A stretch of 64,000 bases of DNA from an uncultured Acholeplasmataceae bacterium (GCA_964481475.1 CAYZTG010000001.1:20441-84440); one strand, 5' to 3'. Numbered from the stretch's first letter, positions 10,261 to 19,703 are shown. Numbers and translations are program-made. The notes: generated by a model from the sequence alone, not told the origin.

Positions 10261-11258
10261 TTAATTAGCTATCGCATCATCAAATTTAAATGTCGATGGC
10301 ATAAAATCAATATCTTTAACATACTTGCATGATTCAGTAGCTCCGTGTATTCTTTCCATACTACTATCTTCCCATACTACCGAAAGTGGCCCAGAGTAAC
10401 CATGCTTATTTAAAACTCGAATAATCTCTTGAAAATTAACATCTCCACGGCCAACTGATCTAAAGTTCCAACCTCTTCTTAAATCACCAAAATCAATATG
10501 TGATCCTAAAAGACCGCTTCTACCATCTAATGTTACTGCAGCATCTTTCATGTGAACATGATAAACACGACTAGCAAAATCATCTAAAAATAAATGTGGT
10601 GTTATTCCTTGCCAAATTAAATGGCTAGGATCAAAGTTTAAACCAAATGTTTTATTATCTTTAAATTTTTCTAAAAGCTTTTGTGTAGAATAATAATCAA
10701 AAGCAATCTCTCCTGGATGGACTTCAAATGCAAAAACTACATCATTTTTCTTGAATTCATCAAAAATTGGTGTCCATAATTTTACAATTTCATCAAAACC
10801 AGCTTCAACCATTTCATTAGTTGTTTGAGGGAAAGAATAAATATAACTCCAAATAGGGCTTCCTAAAAACCCAGTAATTATTTTTACTCCCATCTTCTTC
10901 GCAACTATTGCTGATTTTTTCATTTGGTCAATTGCCCAGTTTTTAATTTCAACAGGTTTATCTGCTAATTCTTTGGGAGCGAAATTATTTAACCTTGGAT
11001 CAGGTAAATCTCCCACACATTGTCCAATTATATGTGTTGCTAAAGCTTTACACTCAAGGTTGTATTTCTTTAAAGTCTTTTTCAAATAATCAACATAAGC
11101 GTCATCGGTAACTGCCTTATAAATATTAATATTATTTCCCCAACAAGCAACTTCAACGCCATCATATCCCATTTCACTAGCTGTTTTACACAGTTATTCA
11201 AAATCTAAATCTGCCCATTGTGCTGTACATAATGTTATGTTACTAATCTTTTTTCCAT
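10261..11258 (-). pseudogene. Sugar phosphate isomerase/epimerase (xylose-isomerase-like TIM barrel) with a disrupted 5' end
   Basis: The intact ORF 10261..11172 (303 aa) begins MGYDGVEVACWG with no SD. The same frame continues upstream as KKISNITLCTAQWADLDFE-TAA-LCKTASE, the normal N-terminus of this family. It is interrupted by TAA at 11194..11196. The SD-preceded ATG at 11258..11256 is 1 nt out of frame across an A6 tract (11249..11254). Confidence 0.6.
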
Positions 11259-11310
11259 TTCTTTTCCCTTTCTAAAAATTCTCCATATTCTTTGTTCTCG
11301 TACACAATTA

Positions 11311-11340
11311 ATCTTAGCATGAGTTTTTTTTCTTGTCAAT
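11311..11340 (-). promoter_or_regulatory. Sigma-A-type promoter of the TIM-barrel/Gfo/xylAB/lacI cluster
   Basis: On the minus strand: TTGACA, an 18-nt spacer containing an A9 homopolymer, then TAAGAT. It lies about 55 nt upstream of the ATG at 11258. Confidence 0.45.
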
Positions 11341-11380
11341 AACTTTTTTAATCTTTTTAAAACCGTTTACATTTCTAAAT

Positions 11381-11410
11381 AAAAAAAACTAGCAATTGAA
11401 GAAGCTAGTT
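11381..11410 (-). terminator. Rho-independent terminator after der
   Basis: The hairpin AACTAGC-10 nt-GCTAGTT is flanked by an A8 run and a T-rich run, so it could act in both directions. It lies 29 nt after the der stop. Confidence 0.65.
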
Positions 11411-11438
11411 TTATTTTGAGAATCTTTTCATATTACAA

Positions 11439-12749
11439 TTATAATTCATCTTTTCTTTTATAAATAATATTAAGCGGTGTTCCAGTAAAATCAAAAGCCA
11501 TTCTAAGTTGATTTTCAATAAACCTTTGATAACTAAAATGTAAATACTTTAAATTATTAACAAAAACAATGAACGTTGGTGGCTTTACTCTAGTTTGAGT
11601 AATATAAGAAAACTTAACTAATCCTTTATTAAATAGTTTGGGTGGCGTAATCGTTGTTACTTCCATTAAAAAACTATTCAAGACATTTGTTTTAAGTTTT
11701 CGATTATAGTTATGATACGCTGTATCAATACTACTAAAAATTGTCTCTAGTCTTTCGCTATTCAAACTTGAAACAAAACAGACTTCACTATATGTTAAAA
11801 ATTGAAATTCAGTCGCTATTTCTTTTCTCATCTTATCCATAGTTTTAGAATCTTTCTCAACAAGATCCCATTTATTTACTACTATTACAGCTGCCTTTAA
11901 ATATTCTTGAATTAAACCTGCGACATGTTTATCTTGATTAATAAGTTCCCGTGAACCATCTAAAATCAGTAACACAACATCAGCACTATCAACAGCTTTT
12001 AAAGCCCTAAGTAAAGCATATTTATCAGTTGATTCATAAATTTGCCCACTTTTTTTGATTCCTGCAGTATCAATAATTGTATATTTCTGCTCATTTCTAA
12101 CGAACACTGTATCAACGGCATCTCTTGTTGTACCAGGGATATTTGAAACAATAACTCGATTTTCTCCTAAAATGGCATTTACTAAAGAAGATTTCCCCAC
12201 ATTTGGATAACCTATTACAGCAAGTCTAATTGAATCATCAACAGGAATATCTTTAAAATCTTGCATGTGTTCAATAATTTTGTCTAATAAATTGCCAATT
12301 CCGATACCGTGATGAGTTGAAGTAGCGATTGGTTCACCAAATCCTAAAGCATAATATTCATAAGTATTAGCTAATAATTCAAGACTATCAATTTTATTTA
12401 CAACAGGAATGATTGGTTTATTACTTTTATATAATGTTCTTCTAATTAATTCATCAGCATCACTTATACTCGATCTTCCGTCCAAAACAAAAAGAACTAA
12501 GTCAGCCTCTTCCACCGCTAGTAATGCTTGTTGTTGAATTTGCTCTAAAAAAGGAGCATCGCCAATTTCGATGCCCCCAGTATCTATTAAAGCAAATGAT
12601 TTTGTTAACCAAGTGGCTATCCCATATATTCTATCTCTTGTTACCCCTGGTAAATCATCAGTAATTGATTTTCTTTCCCCAATTAAGCGATTAAATAGAC
12701 TAGACTTACCCACATTTGGTTTTCCTACTATTGCCACTGTAAAAGGCAT
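11439..12749 (-). CDS. der: Ribosome-biogenesis GTPase Der (EngA)
   Basis: 436-aa ORF with two GTPase domains (GKPNVGKSS, GYPNVGKSS, DTGG, DTAG, NKxD) and a KH-like C-terminus. Confidence 0.95.
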   Translation of the reverse strand: MPFTVAIVGKPNVGKSSLFNRLIGERKSITDDLPGVTRDRIYGIATWLTKSFALIDTGGIEIGDAPFLEQIQQQALLAVEEADLVLFVLDGRSSISDADELIRRTLYKSNKPIIPVVNKIDSLELLANTYEYYALGFGEPIATSTHHGIGIGNLLDKIIEHMQDFKDIPVDDSIRLAVIGYPNVGKSSLVNAILGENRVIVSNIPGTTRDAVDTVFVRNEQKYTIIDTAGIKKSGQIYESTDKYALLRALKAVDSADVVLLILDGSRELINQDKHVAGLIQEYLKAAVIVVNKWDLVEKDSKTMDKMRKEIATEFQFLTYSEVCFVSSLNSERLETIFSSIDTAYHNYNRKLKTNVLNSFLMEVTTITPPKLFNKGLVKFSYITQTRVKPPTFIVFVNNLKYLHFSYQRFIENQLRMAFDFTGTPLNIIYKRKDEL

Positions 12750-12761
12750 ATAATCACCCTT

Positions 12762-14177
12762 TTATTCTTCGTTTAAAACATCATTAAATAAATCACCAAG
12801 TGTTGTTTCTTCAACATCCTCAGTTAAAAATTGTTGATATTCTTCTTTACTACTTTGAATTAAATAATTTCTAATTGAAAGTGCTAAATGCCATTGCTTT
12901 TTATTAACTTCAACAACAACAGCTGTAACTACATCATCAATACTAAAGTAATCTTTTGGGTTAGTAACTCTTTCTTCTCTTAGTTCATTTAAAGGAATAA
13001 AACCATTAACTCCTTTAACTTCTACAGTTAATCCATTATCAAGTATTTCTAAAACTTTAGCTTTGACTACTTCACCACGTTTAAAGTTTACATTTTTCCA
13101 TGGATTATCTAATAGTAATCTTCTTGATAAACTAATTTTTTCCTTCTTAGAATCAATTAGAGTAATGATTGTTTCCACTTTATCACCAATTTTTACAAAA
13201 GAAGCAAAATTATCATTTGGATTCCAACTATATTCACTTACATGTAGTAATCCTCTAACATTATCACCTAGTTCAATAATAATTCCAAAGGGAAGTTTTT
13301 GAACAACGTCACCAATTACTGTATCGCCTTTTTTATGATTTTCTAAATAAGACTCAAATGGTGTAGGCAGTAAAGCTTTAATTGATAGATCTAATGACTT
13401 ATCCTTTTTAATAACTTTTACTGTTACTTCCTCTTTTAATGATAAAACATCTTTAATATCGTCAATACGGCTAAAACTAATTTGTGATATTCTTAATCTT
13501 CCAACAACGTGTTGGAATCTAATTATCGCCATATGGTTTTCTAATCTTTCTACTGTACCAGTTAAAACATCACCTGTTTTAATTGATTCAAACTCTTCTT
13601 CTCTTAATTTTTGTTTCTCTTCGCGTTCTTCAAAACGTTTTTGTTCAAAAATTTTCTTTCTTGAAACAATTATTCTCGGTCTTCTTCCTTCTTTTGCTTC
13701 AATTACATGAACACCAAGTTCTTTTCCTTTTAAGTCTTCCTTAGTTTTAACAAGTTCGTTATCTAATAGACCATAAGGTAAAAATGCATTAAAGCCAAAT
13801 ACTTTAACATGAAGTCCTCTTTCATCTACTTTAGTAACTTTTGCAGGAACAACTTTTTCTTTTTTATAAGCCTCTTCAAGTTTTTTAAAGTATTCATCTT
13901 TAATTATGCCTTTACGATCAAGCAAAATAAAACTAGCGTCTGGATTTTCTTCTATCTTTGATACTACAGCTTCAATAACGTCTCCTTCTTTGACAATGTC
14001 AAAAAATGAGTCAACGTTCTCACCATAGTGGTTTAAATACATTCTCGCCTCTTGATTGTTTTGTAAAGTCACATAAATAACTGTTTTTTCAACTTTAAAA
14101 ATAGTTCCTTCAACTTTTTGTCCTCTTCTTACTAGCGTAAAGCTCTCTGTTTCTAAAATGTGGTTATTTTCGGCCAT
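12762..14177 (-). CDS. rpsA: 30S ribosomal protein S1 (five S1 repeats)
   Basis: 471-aa ORF with five recognisable S1 OB-fold repeats and a charged linker (EQKRFEEREEKQKLREEE). AAGGAGG SD is present. The start overlaps the cmk stop by 14 nt. Confidence 0.88.
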   Translation of the reverse strand: MAENNHILETESFTLVRRGQKVEGTIFKVEKTVIYVTLQNNQEARMYLNHYGENVDSFFDIVKEGDVIEAVVSKIEENPDASFILLDRKGIIKDEYFKKLEEAYKKEKVVPAKVTKVDERGLHVKVFGFNAFLPYGLLDNELVKTKEDLKGKELGVHVIEAKEGRRPRIIVSRKKIFEQKRFEEREEKQKLREEEFESIKTGDVLTGTVERLENHMAIIRFQHVVGRLRISQISFSRIDDIKDVLSLKEEVTVKVIKKDKSLDLSIKALLPTPFESYLENHKKGDTVIGDVVQKLPFGIIIELGDNVRGLLHVSEYSWNPNDNFASFVKIGDKVETIITLIDSKKEKISLSRRLLLDNPWKNVNFKRGEVVKAKVLEILDNGLTVEVKGVNGFIPLNELREERVTNPKDYFSIDDVVTAVVVEVNKKQWHLALSIRNYLIQSSKEEYQQFLTEDVEETTLGDLFNDVLNEE

Positions 14178-14835
14178 GACTAGCCTCCTTCTTTTCTATC
14201 TCTTCTTTTATTCTTTGAACCGTTTGTTCAATTGAATAATTTGTTGTATCTATAATTATTGCGTCTTTAGGAATGATTAGTGGAGAAAATTCTCTTGTGC
14301 TATCGTATTTATCACGTTTCTCAATATCCTTAATCACTGTCGCTAAATCAACATCAAACCCTTTTTGGTGTAATTCCAACATTCTTCTTTTAGATCTCTC
14401 TTCAAGATTTGCTGTTAAAAATATTTTTAAATCAGCGTTAGGTAAAACTACTGTGCCAATATCTCTACCATCCATTATCACATTGTTATTTTTAGAAGTC
14501 TTTTGCTGAACTTCAACTAAATACTTTCTAACTAAAGGAAACGAAGAGACTAATGAAACATTTTTTGTGACATCATCACTCCTAATATAACAACCGACAT
14601 TTTCACCGTTAACTAATATTTGATCTTGCTTATATTCAATATTAATGTCTTTTATAAAACGGTAATTGTCTTCCTTTTCTAAATCGATTCCTTTTTTCAA
14701 AGCCAAATATGTAATAGCTCTATACATTGCACCAGTATCGATGTGAACAAAACCAAACTGATCAGCTAACGCCTTGCTTATCGTTGATTTACCACTCCCT
14801 GCCGGGCCATCAATTGCAATATGAAAATCTTTCAT
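14164..14835 (-). CDS. cmk: (d)CMP kinase
   Basis: P-loop IAIDGPAGSGKST is present. The ORF-track start 14847 is a GTG inside the GGAGG SD. The ATG at 14835 (MKDFHIAIDG) is the likely start. Confidence 0.92.
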   Translation of the reverse strand: MKDFHIAIDGPAGSGKSTISKALADQFGFVHIDTGAMYRAITYLALKKGIDLEKEDNYRFIKDINIEYKQDQILVNGENVGCYIRSDDVTKNVSLVSSFPLVRKYLVEVQQKTSKNNNVIMDGRDIGTVVLPNADLKIFLTANLEERSKRRMLELHQKGFDVDLATVIKDIEKRDKYDSTREFSPLIIPKDAIIIDTTNYSIEQTVQRIKEEIEKKEASHGRK

Positions 14836-14889
14836 ATAATCCTCCACGTTATTTATTATATCATTTATAATAATATATTTCCAATACTG

Positions 14890-15615
14890 TTATACTTTTT
14901 TATTAAACTTATATAGTTTTTTCACTTCGTGAATCTTTAGAGGTCGATATTCACCTTTAGTAACTCCCTCTAAAGTTAAATCCCCAATTTTAATTCTAAC
15001 TAAAGATTTAACCTCATATCCTAAGAACTTAATCATTTCCTTAACTTGATGTTTTTTCCCTTCAGTAAGAGTTATTTCCACTTGGGTTGTTCTTTTTTTA
15101 AAATCCTTTTCTTTAATCACAGCAAACGCTGGCTTAGTTTGATAACCTTCCAACTTAATGCCTTTTGAAAATAATCTTAACTCTTCTTTTTTTACAAAAC
15201 CATCAACAGTCACTAAATAAGTCTTAGGAACATCATATTCTGGCCGAGTTAAAATATATGTAAGTTCTCCATCATTAGTTAACAAAATTAAACCTGAAGT
15301 ATCATAATCTAATCTTCCCACCGGATAAAGATGAACAATCTTATCCTCCTTGCGAATTAAATCAAGAATCGTCTTTCGCCCTTTTTCATCGCTAACAGTC
15401 GAAACAATTCCTCTTGGTTTATTCATTAAAAAGTAAACGTATTCTGTCTTAACAACATTTTTATTTTGATACGAAACAATATCATCCTTTTTTAAGCTGT
15501 AACCAGGTTCTTGACAAACCTCACCATTTACCTTAACTTCACCATTTGAAATAATTTCTTTACTTTTTCTTCTTGAAGCGATTCCTGCCTCACTCAAATA
15601 TTTTTCTAATCTCAT
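14890..15615 (-). CDS. rluB: 23S rRNA pseudouridine synthase (RluB/RsuA family)
   Basis: An S4 domain (MRLEKYLSEAGIASRR) and the catalytic GRLDYDTSGLILLTNDG motif are present. The alternative upstream ATG at 15633 has no SD and sits in the efp terminator. Confidence 0.85.
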   Translation of the reverse strand: MRLEKYLSEAGIASRRKSKEIISNGEVKVNGEVCQEPGYSLKKDDIVSYQNKNVVKTEYVYFLMNKPRGIVSTVSDEKGRKTILDLIRKEDKIVHLYPVGRLDYDTSGLILLTNDGELTYILTRPEYDVPKTYLVTVDGFVKKEELRLFSKGIKLEGYQTKPAFAVIKEKDFKKRTTQVEITLTEGKKHQVKEMIKFLGYEVKSLVRIKIGDLTLEGVTKGEYRPLKIHEVKKLYKFNKKV

Positions 15616-15634
15616 ATTATTATCTTCATCCATG

Positions 15635-15655
15635 AAAAAAGGTGATTATTCACCT
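15635..15655 (-). terminator. Rho-independent terminator after efp
   Basis: On the minus strand, the hairpin AGGUGA-AUAA-UCACCU is followed by T6. It overlaps the efp TGA stop. Confidence 0.55.
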
Positions 15656-16216
15656 ATTATCTCTTGAGACATAAGTTCCATCTTGCGTTGAAACTATTAC
15701 TTTTTCCCCTTCACTTATAAATAGTGGCACTTTAATTATTAAACCAGTTTCTAAAGTTGCATCCTTCATTGCATTAGTTTTTGTATCCCCTCTAACGCCG
15801 GGAACAGTCTCTGTAATAGTTAGCGATACTTTATCAGGCAATATTACTCCTAAAATTTCACTTCTATTAAAATACATAATATCTACTTGCATCGACTCAT
15901 AAATGAATTTAGCCTCATATTCGATTTGGTTTAAAGGTATTTCCACTTGATCATAAGTTTCATTATTCATAAAAACAAAAGTATTATCAATACGATATAA
16001 ATATTGCATTCCAATTTTTTCAATATTAGCTTGTTCCATCTTTTCACCAGCTCTGAAAGTCAAATCAATTGTAGCCCCTGTTCTTAAGTTTTTTAACTTG
16101 GAATTAACAAATGCTTGTCCTTTGCCAGGTTTCACATGCAAAAAATCAATAATTTGGTAAATATTATTGTCATATAAAATTGTTAATCCTGTTTTAAAAT
16201 CTGCTGTACTTATCAT
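15650..16216 (-). CDS. efp: Elongation factor P
   Basis: 188-aa ORF MISTADFKTGLTI...HVKPGKGQAFV..., a canonical EF-P sequence. It ends in TGA. Confidence 0.95.
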   Translation of the reverse strand: MISTADFKTGLTILYDNNIYQIIDFLHVKPGKGQAFVNSKLKNLRTGATIDLTFRAGEKMEQANIEKIGMQYLYRIDNTFVFMNNETYDQVEIPLNQIEYEAKFIYESMQVDIMYFNRSEILGVILPDKVSLTITETVPGVRGDTKTNAMKDATLETGLIIKVPLFISEGEKVIVSTQDGTYVSRDNR

Positions 16217-16254
16217 TTTTATTACCCCTTTTTATCCTTAATTATTATATCACA

Positions 16255-16680
16255 TTAAATATCTATTATAGATATTAAATTTTCAATACATGTAAAATAA
16301 CTTTTTTCTTTTAAGCCAACAACATAAACATCAGCAAAATCTTTTAATAAATCCACCTTTCTAAACGACTCTCGCTGATAAATATCGGAAAGATGACAAA
16401 CGCCTTTTAATATCTTTACATCTTCAAAGGCATCCCGCAAAACAACACTATAATGAGATAAACCTCCAGGATTAATTACTAGAAAAGTAAACTCATCTGA
16501 ATTTTGTAATTTATTAATAATTTCTCCTTCAATATTTGAAAAAAAGAACTCAAAACTTACTTTTGGAAATTTATCTTTGATTTGCTTATTTATTTCATCA
16601 AGAGTTAAAGAGCCATAATGGTCTTTATTTCTTTTACCCAACATATTTAAATTTGGCCCATTTATTATTAGAGCTTTCAT
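16255..16680 (-). CDS. aroQ: Type II 3-dehydroquinate dehydratase
   Basis: 141-aa ORF with INGPNLNMLGKR, SN(I)EGE, INPGGLSHYSVVLRDA and HLSDIYQRESFR motifs. Confidence 0.88.
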   Translation of the reverse strand: MKALIINGPNLNMLGKRNKDHYGSLTLDEINKQIKDKFPKVSFEFFFSNIEGEIINKLQNSDEFTFLVINPGGLSHYSVVLRDAFEDVKILKGVCHLSDIYQRESFRKVDLLKDFADVYVVGLKEKSYFTCIENLISIIDI

Positions 16681-17171
16681 AATAAATCCTCCTTTTTAAG
16701 CAAATTTACTATTTTATCTACAACTTCATTGACTTCTCCATTACCATCAACAATAAATGTATTGAAGAAATAATAAAACTTTCTTCTTTCTAAATAAAGT
16801 TCTTCTAATGACTTCTTCATTAAAAGCGGTCTTGTTTGATCGTTTTGGCTTCGTTTTTCTAAATTGTCCAAAGAAACATCTAAAAAGATAATAATTCCTT
16901 CCATAATAAATCTATTTTCTCTATCTAGGACAACACCACCACCAGTAGAAACGACTATATTATTATGTTTTTTTATCCTTTCTAAGGTTGTTTTTTCTAA
17001 CTTTCTAAAGTAATTTTCGCCTTTTATAGCGAATAAATCACTAATGCTTGTTTTTTCTTCGATTGTTATCATTTCATCGGTATCTAAATGAGTAAAATTC
17101 ATTTTTTCAGCTAGATATTTCCCTATCGTTGTTTTGCCAGAAAAAGGCATTCCAATTAAATATATTTTCAT
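16677..17171 (-). CDS. aroK: Shikimate kinase
   Basis: P-loop GMPFSGKTT and STGGG are present. The ORF-track start 17180 is a TTG. The ATG at 17171 forms an ATGA overlap with the miaA TGA stop. Confidence 0.85.
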   Translation of the reverse strand: MKIYLIGMPFSGKTTIGKYLAEKMNFTHLDTDEMITIEEKTSISDLFAIKGENYFRKLEKTTLERIKKHNNIVVSTGGGVVLDRENRFIMEGIIIFLDVSLDNLEKRSQNDQTRPLLMKKSLEELYLERRKFYYFFNTFIVDGNGEVNEVVDKIVNLLKKEDLL

Positions 17172-18037
17172 TTTTGCCAAAACTCATCAATCAATTTATA
17201 AATTTCATTCAAACTGTTTTCATTCCTTTTGATAATTTCAACATTCATTTGGTTTTTGAAAAATGTTTCCTGTCTTTTAGCATATCTTCTTGTGTTTCTT
17301 TTCATTAAATCGATTGCTTCATCGATTGTTAGTTTATTATCCAAATACATGTTTATTTCTTTATATCCCAATACATTAGGCATGATTCCTTTATCTCTTA
17401 AACTAATAACTTCCTCAATAAAACCTTTCTCAATGATTAAGTCAGCTCTTTTATTAATTCTTTCATATAATTCTTTTCTTTCCATTGTTAAATAAATGAT
17501 TAAGTAATCATATAAAGGAATGTCCTTTTTATCTTTTTCACTTCTTTTAAATTCTTCTGCTAAAAAGATTGCCCGTAATACTCTTCTTCGGTTATTAAAG
17601 TGAAGTAAGTTTGCTGTTTTAGGATCTTTTTCAAGGAGAATTTGAAATAGTTCTTCATTAGAGAGGCTATCATATTTTGCTTCATTTTCAAGATCTCTTT
17701 TTGGTCCACTAAAGTCGTAATCATCTAAAACTGCTTTTATATAAAATCCTGTTCCCCCAACAATAAATGGTCGCTCTAGTTTATTTATTAGTTCTCTAAC
17801 GTCTTTTTGGTATGTTTCAACATCATATGTTTCAAATGGTTCCCTTATATCAATTAGATGATGTTTGACGCCTTTTTTTTCATCATCAGTAATTTTTGCT
17901 GTACCAATTGTTAACTCTTTAAAAATTTGCGTGGAATCTCCATTAATAATATCCATTTGATATTTTTTTGCTAATTCAATAGATAGGTCCGTTTTACCTA
18001 CTGCTGTCGGACCAACTAATACTAATACTTTTTTCAT
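17168..18037 (-). CDS. miaA: tRNA dimethylallyltransferase
   Basis: 289-aa ORF with VLVGPTAVGKTDLSIELAKK. It forms an ATGA overlap with the mutL stop. Confidence 0.92.
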   Translation of the reverse strand: MKKVLVLVGPTAVGKTDLSIELAKKYQMDIINGDSTQIFKELTIGTAKITDDEKKGVKHHLIDIREPFETYDVETYQKDVRELINKLERPFIVGGTGFYIKAVLDDYDFSGPKRDLENEAKYDSLSNEELFQILLEKDPKTANLLHFNNRRRVLRAIFLAEEFKRSEKDKKDIPLYDYLIIYLTMERKELYERINKRADLIIEKGFIEEVISLRDKGIMPNVLGYKEINMYLDNKLTIDEAIDLMKRNTRRYAKRQETFFKNQMNVEIIKRNENSLNEIYKLIDEFWQK

Positions 18038-19695
18038 ACTACTCTTTTAAACCACTTTTCAACTTCATAACTACTATAAAAAATCATTACAGGTCTCCCA
18101 TGGGGACAATAATATGGGTTAGCAGTTAATTTTAAATTTTGAATCAAATTATGAACCTCATCAATACTTAAAGGTTTATTTGCTTTAATTGCGCCCTTAC
18201 AAGCAATACTTTTTGATAAATTATCTCTTAAATCAGATAAATTTAAGCTTTGGTATTTCTCTAAAGATAAAATTACTAATTGCATAAAATCATCTATATC
18301 ATTATCATCTAACCAAATCGGCAAAGACTTTAAGAAAATTCCTTCGTGTCCTGCTGGTTCGACTAAAAAACCTAAATCATTAATCTCTTTAGCAAAAGTT
18401 TTGATAATTATTTCTTCCTTTTGACTAATCGTTAACAAAAGTGGGAATAACAAGTTTTTAGAAGGTCCTTTTTGCCCTAATTTTTCATAATAAATCTCAT
18501 ATCGAATTCGTTCTTCAGCGGCGTGCTGATCAATTAAGTAGAGCCCTTTATCATTTTGAAATAGTAAGTATGTCCCTCTATACTGGCCAATATAGTCAAA
18601 CTCTGGAAAAACTCTTTTAACTTCTGGAAATGGTTCCTCATTATAACTAAGTTCTAATTCATTAATAATATAATCTTCAGTAGTAATTGGAGTAAATATT
18701 TCCCTTTCAATAGGAATGTGTTTTTTAATAAAGATATTTCTAACTTCTGTTTTTATCAGGTTAGCAATTTGATACTCGTTAGTTATTTTGACCTCTCTTT
18801 TTTGGGGGTGAATATTAACATCTACTAAAGAAATATCTACATTAATAAAGATAACTGCAACTGGATATCTTTTTGTCATTATCATCGTTGAATAACCATC
18901 TATTAAAGCATTTGTCAAAAGATAATTATTGATCAGCCTACCATTTAAAACAACATATATATCTTCTTTTCTTGATTTAGTAAATTTGGGATCTCCTAAA
19001 TAAGCTTTTAGATGAACATTATCAACTTTCTTATCAATCTCTACAATATTTTCACTAAGTTCTTTCCCAAATAAAGAGTAAAATATTGTCGTATAATCAC
19101 TATTACCATAACTTTGCTTTAAGAGTTTATTATTATGATAAACCTTAAAAGAGAGATGAGGATTAGCCAAAATAAAAGCGTCACACGTTTTTGATAAATA
19201 AGCCAATTCCAAATTATAGTTTTTAATTTGCTTAAGTCTAGCAGGAACATTATAAAATAAATCTTTAACTGTAACTGATGTCCCTTTATTAATTGCCGTA
19301 GGATAATCATGAATATACTTACCACCTTCATAATAAATTTCATGACTTGTTTTCCCATTATTTGATTTGATAAGCATTTTAGAAACCGAAGCAATTGCAG
19401 GAATAGCTTCCCCTCTAAAACCTAATGTTTTAATATAATCCAAATCAAACTCACTTTTTATTTTAGAAGTTGCATGTCTAAAAAAGGCAATCGGTAAATC
19501 TTCTTTACTAATTCCATTCCCATTATCAATGACGGTAATTTCATCCATACCGCTTTGTTTAAGATCAATTATTATTTCAGTAGCTTCTGCATCAATTGCG
19601 TTTTCAACCAATTCTTTTAAAACGTTATTTGGCCTCGTTACGACTTCTCCAGCTGCAATTCTATTGGCTACTTTATCACTTAGTTTAATAATCAT
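18034..19695 (-). CDS. mutL: DNA mismatch repair endonuclease MutL
   Basis: 553-aa ORF with a GHKL ATPase N-terminus (LKELVENAIDA). The endonuclease motifs DQHAAEERIRYE, ACKGAIK and CPHGRP are present. Confidence 0.93.
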   Translation of the reverse strand: MIIKLSDKVANRIAAGEVVTRPNNVLKELVENAIDAEATEIIIDLKQSGMDEITVIDNGNGISKEDLPIAFFRHATSKIKSEFDLDYIKTLGFRGEAIPAIASVSKMLIKSNNGKTSHEIYYEGGKYIHDYPTAINKGTSVTVKDLFYNVPARLKQIKNYNLELAYLSKTCDAFILANPHLSFKVYHNNKLLKQSYGNSDYTTIFYSLFGKELSENIVEIDKKVDNVHLKAYLGDPKFTKSRKEDIYVVLNGRLINNYLLTNALIDGYSTMIMTKRYPVAVIFINVDISLVDVNIHPQKREVKITNEYQIANLIKTEVRNIFIKKHIPIEREIFTPITTEDYIINELELSYNEEPFPEVKRVFPEFDYIGQYRGTYLLFQNDKGLYLIDQHAAEERIRYEIYYEKLGQKGPSKNLLFPLLLTISQKEEIIIKTFAKEINDLGFLVEPAGHEGIFLKSLPIWLDDNDIDDFMQLVILSLEKYQSLNLSDLRDNLSKSIACKGAIKANKPLSIDEVHNLIQNLKLTANPYYCPHGRPVMIFYSSYEVEKWFKRVV

Positions 19696-19703
19696 TTAGA
19701 CAC

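Noticed and set aside
11355-11375. Possible LacI/CcpA-type operator TGTAAACGGTTTTAA upstream of the sugar-cluster promoter
   Set aside because: Only 5 of 7 half-site positions are symmetric, and it lies upstream of the -35 box. That is too weak to call as a feature, so I mention it only inside a finding.
19119-19394. 91-aa same-strand alternative-frame ORF inside mutL
   Set aside because: It overlaps the conserved MutL frame entirely, and no independent signal supports it.
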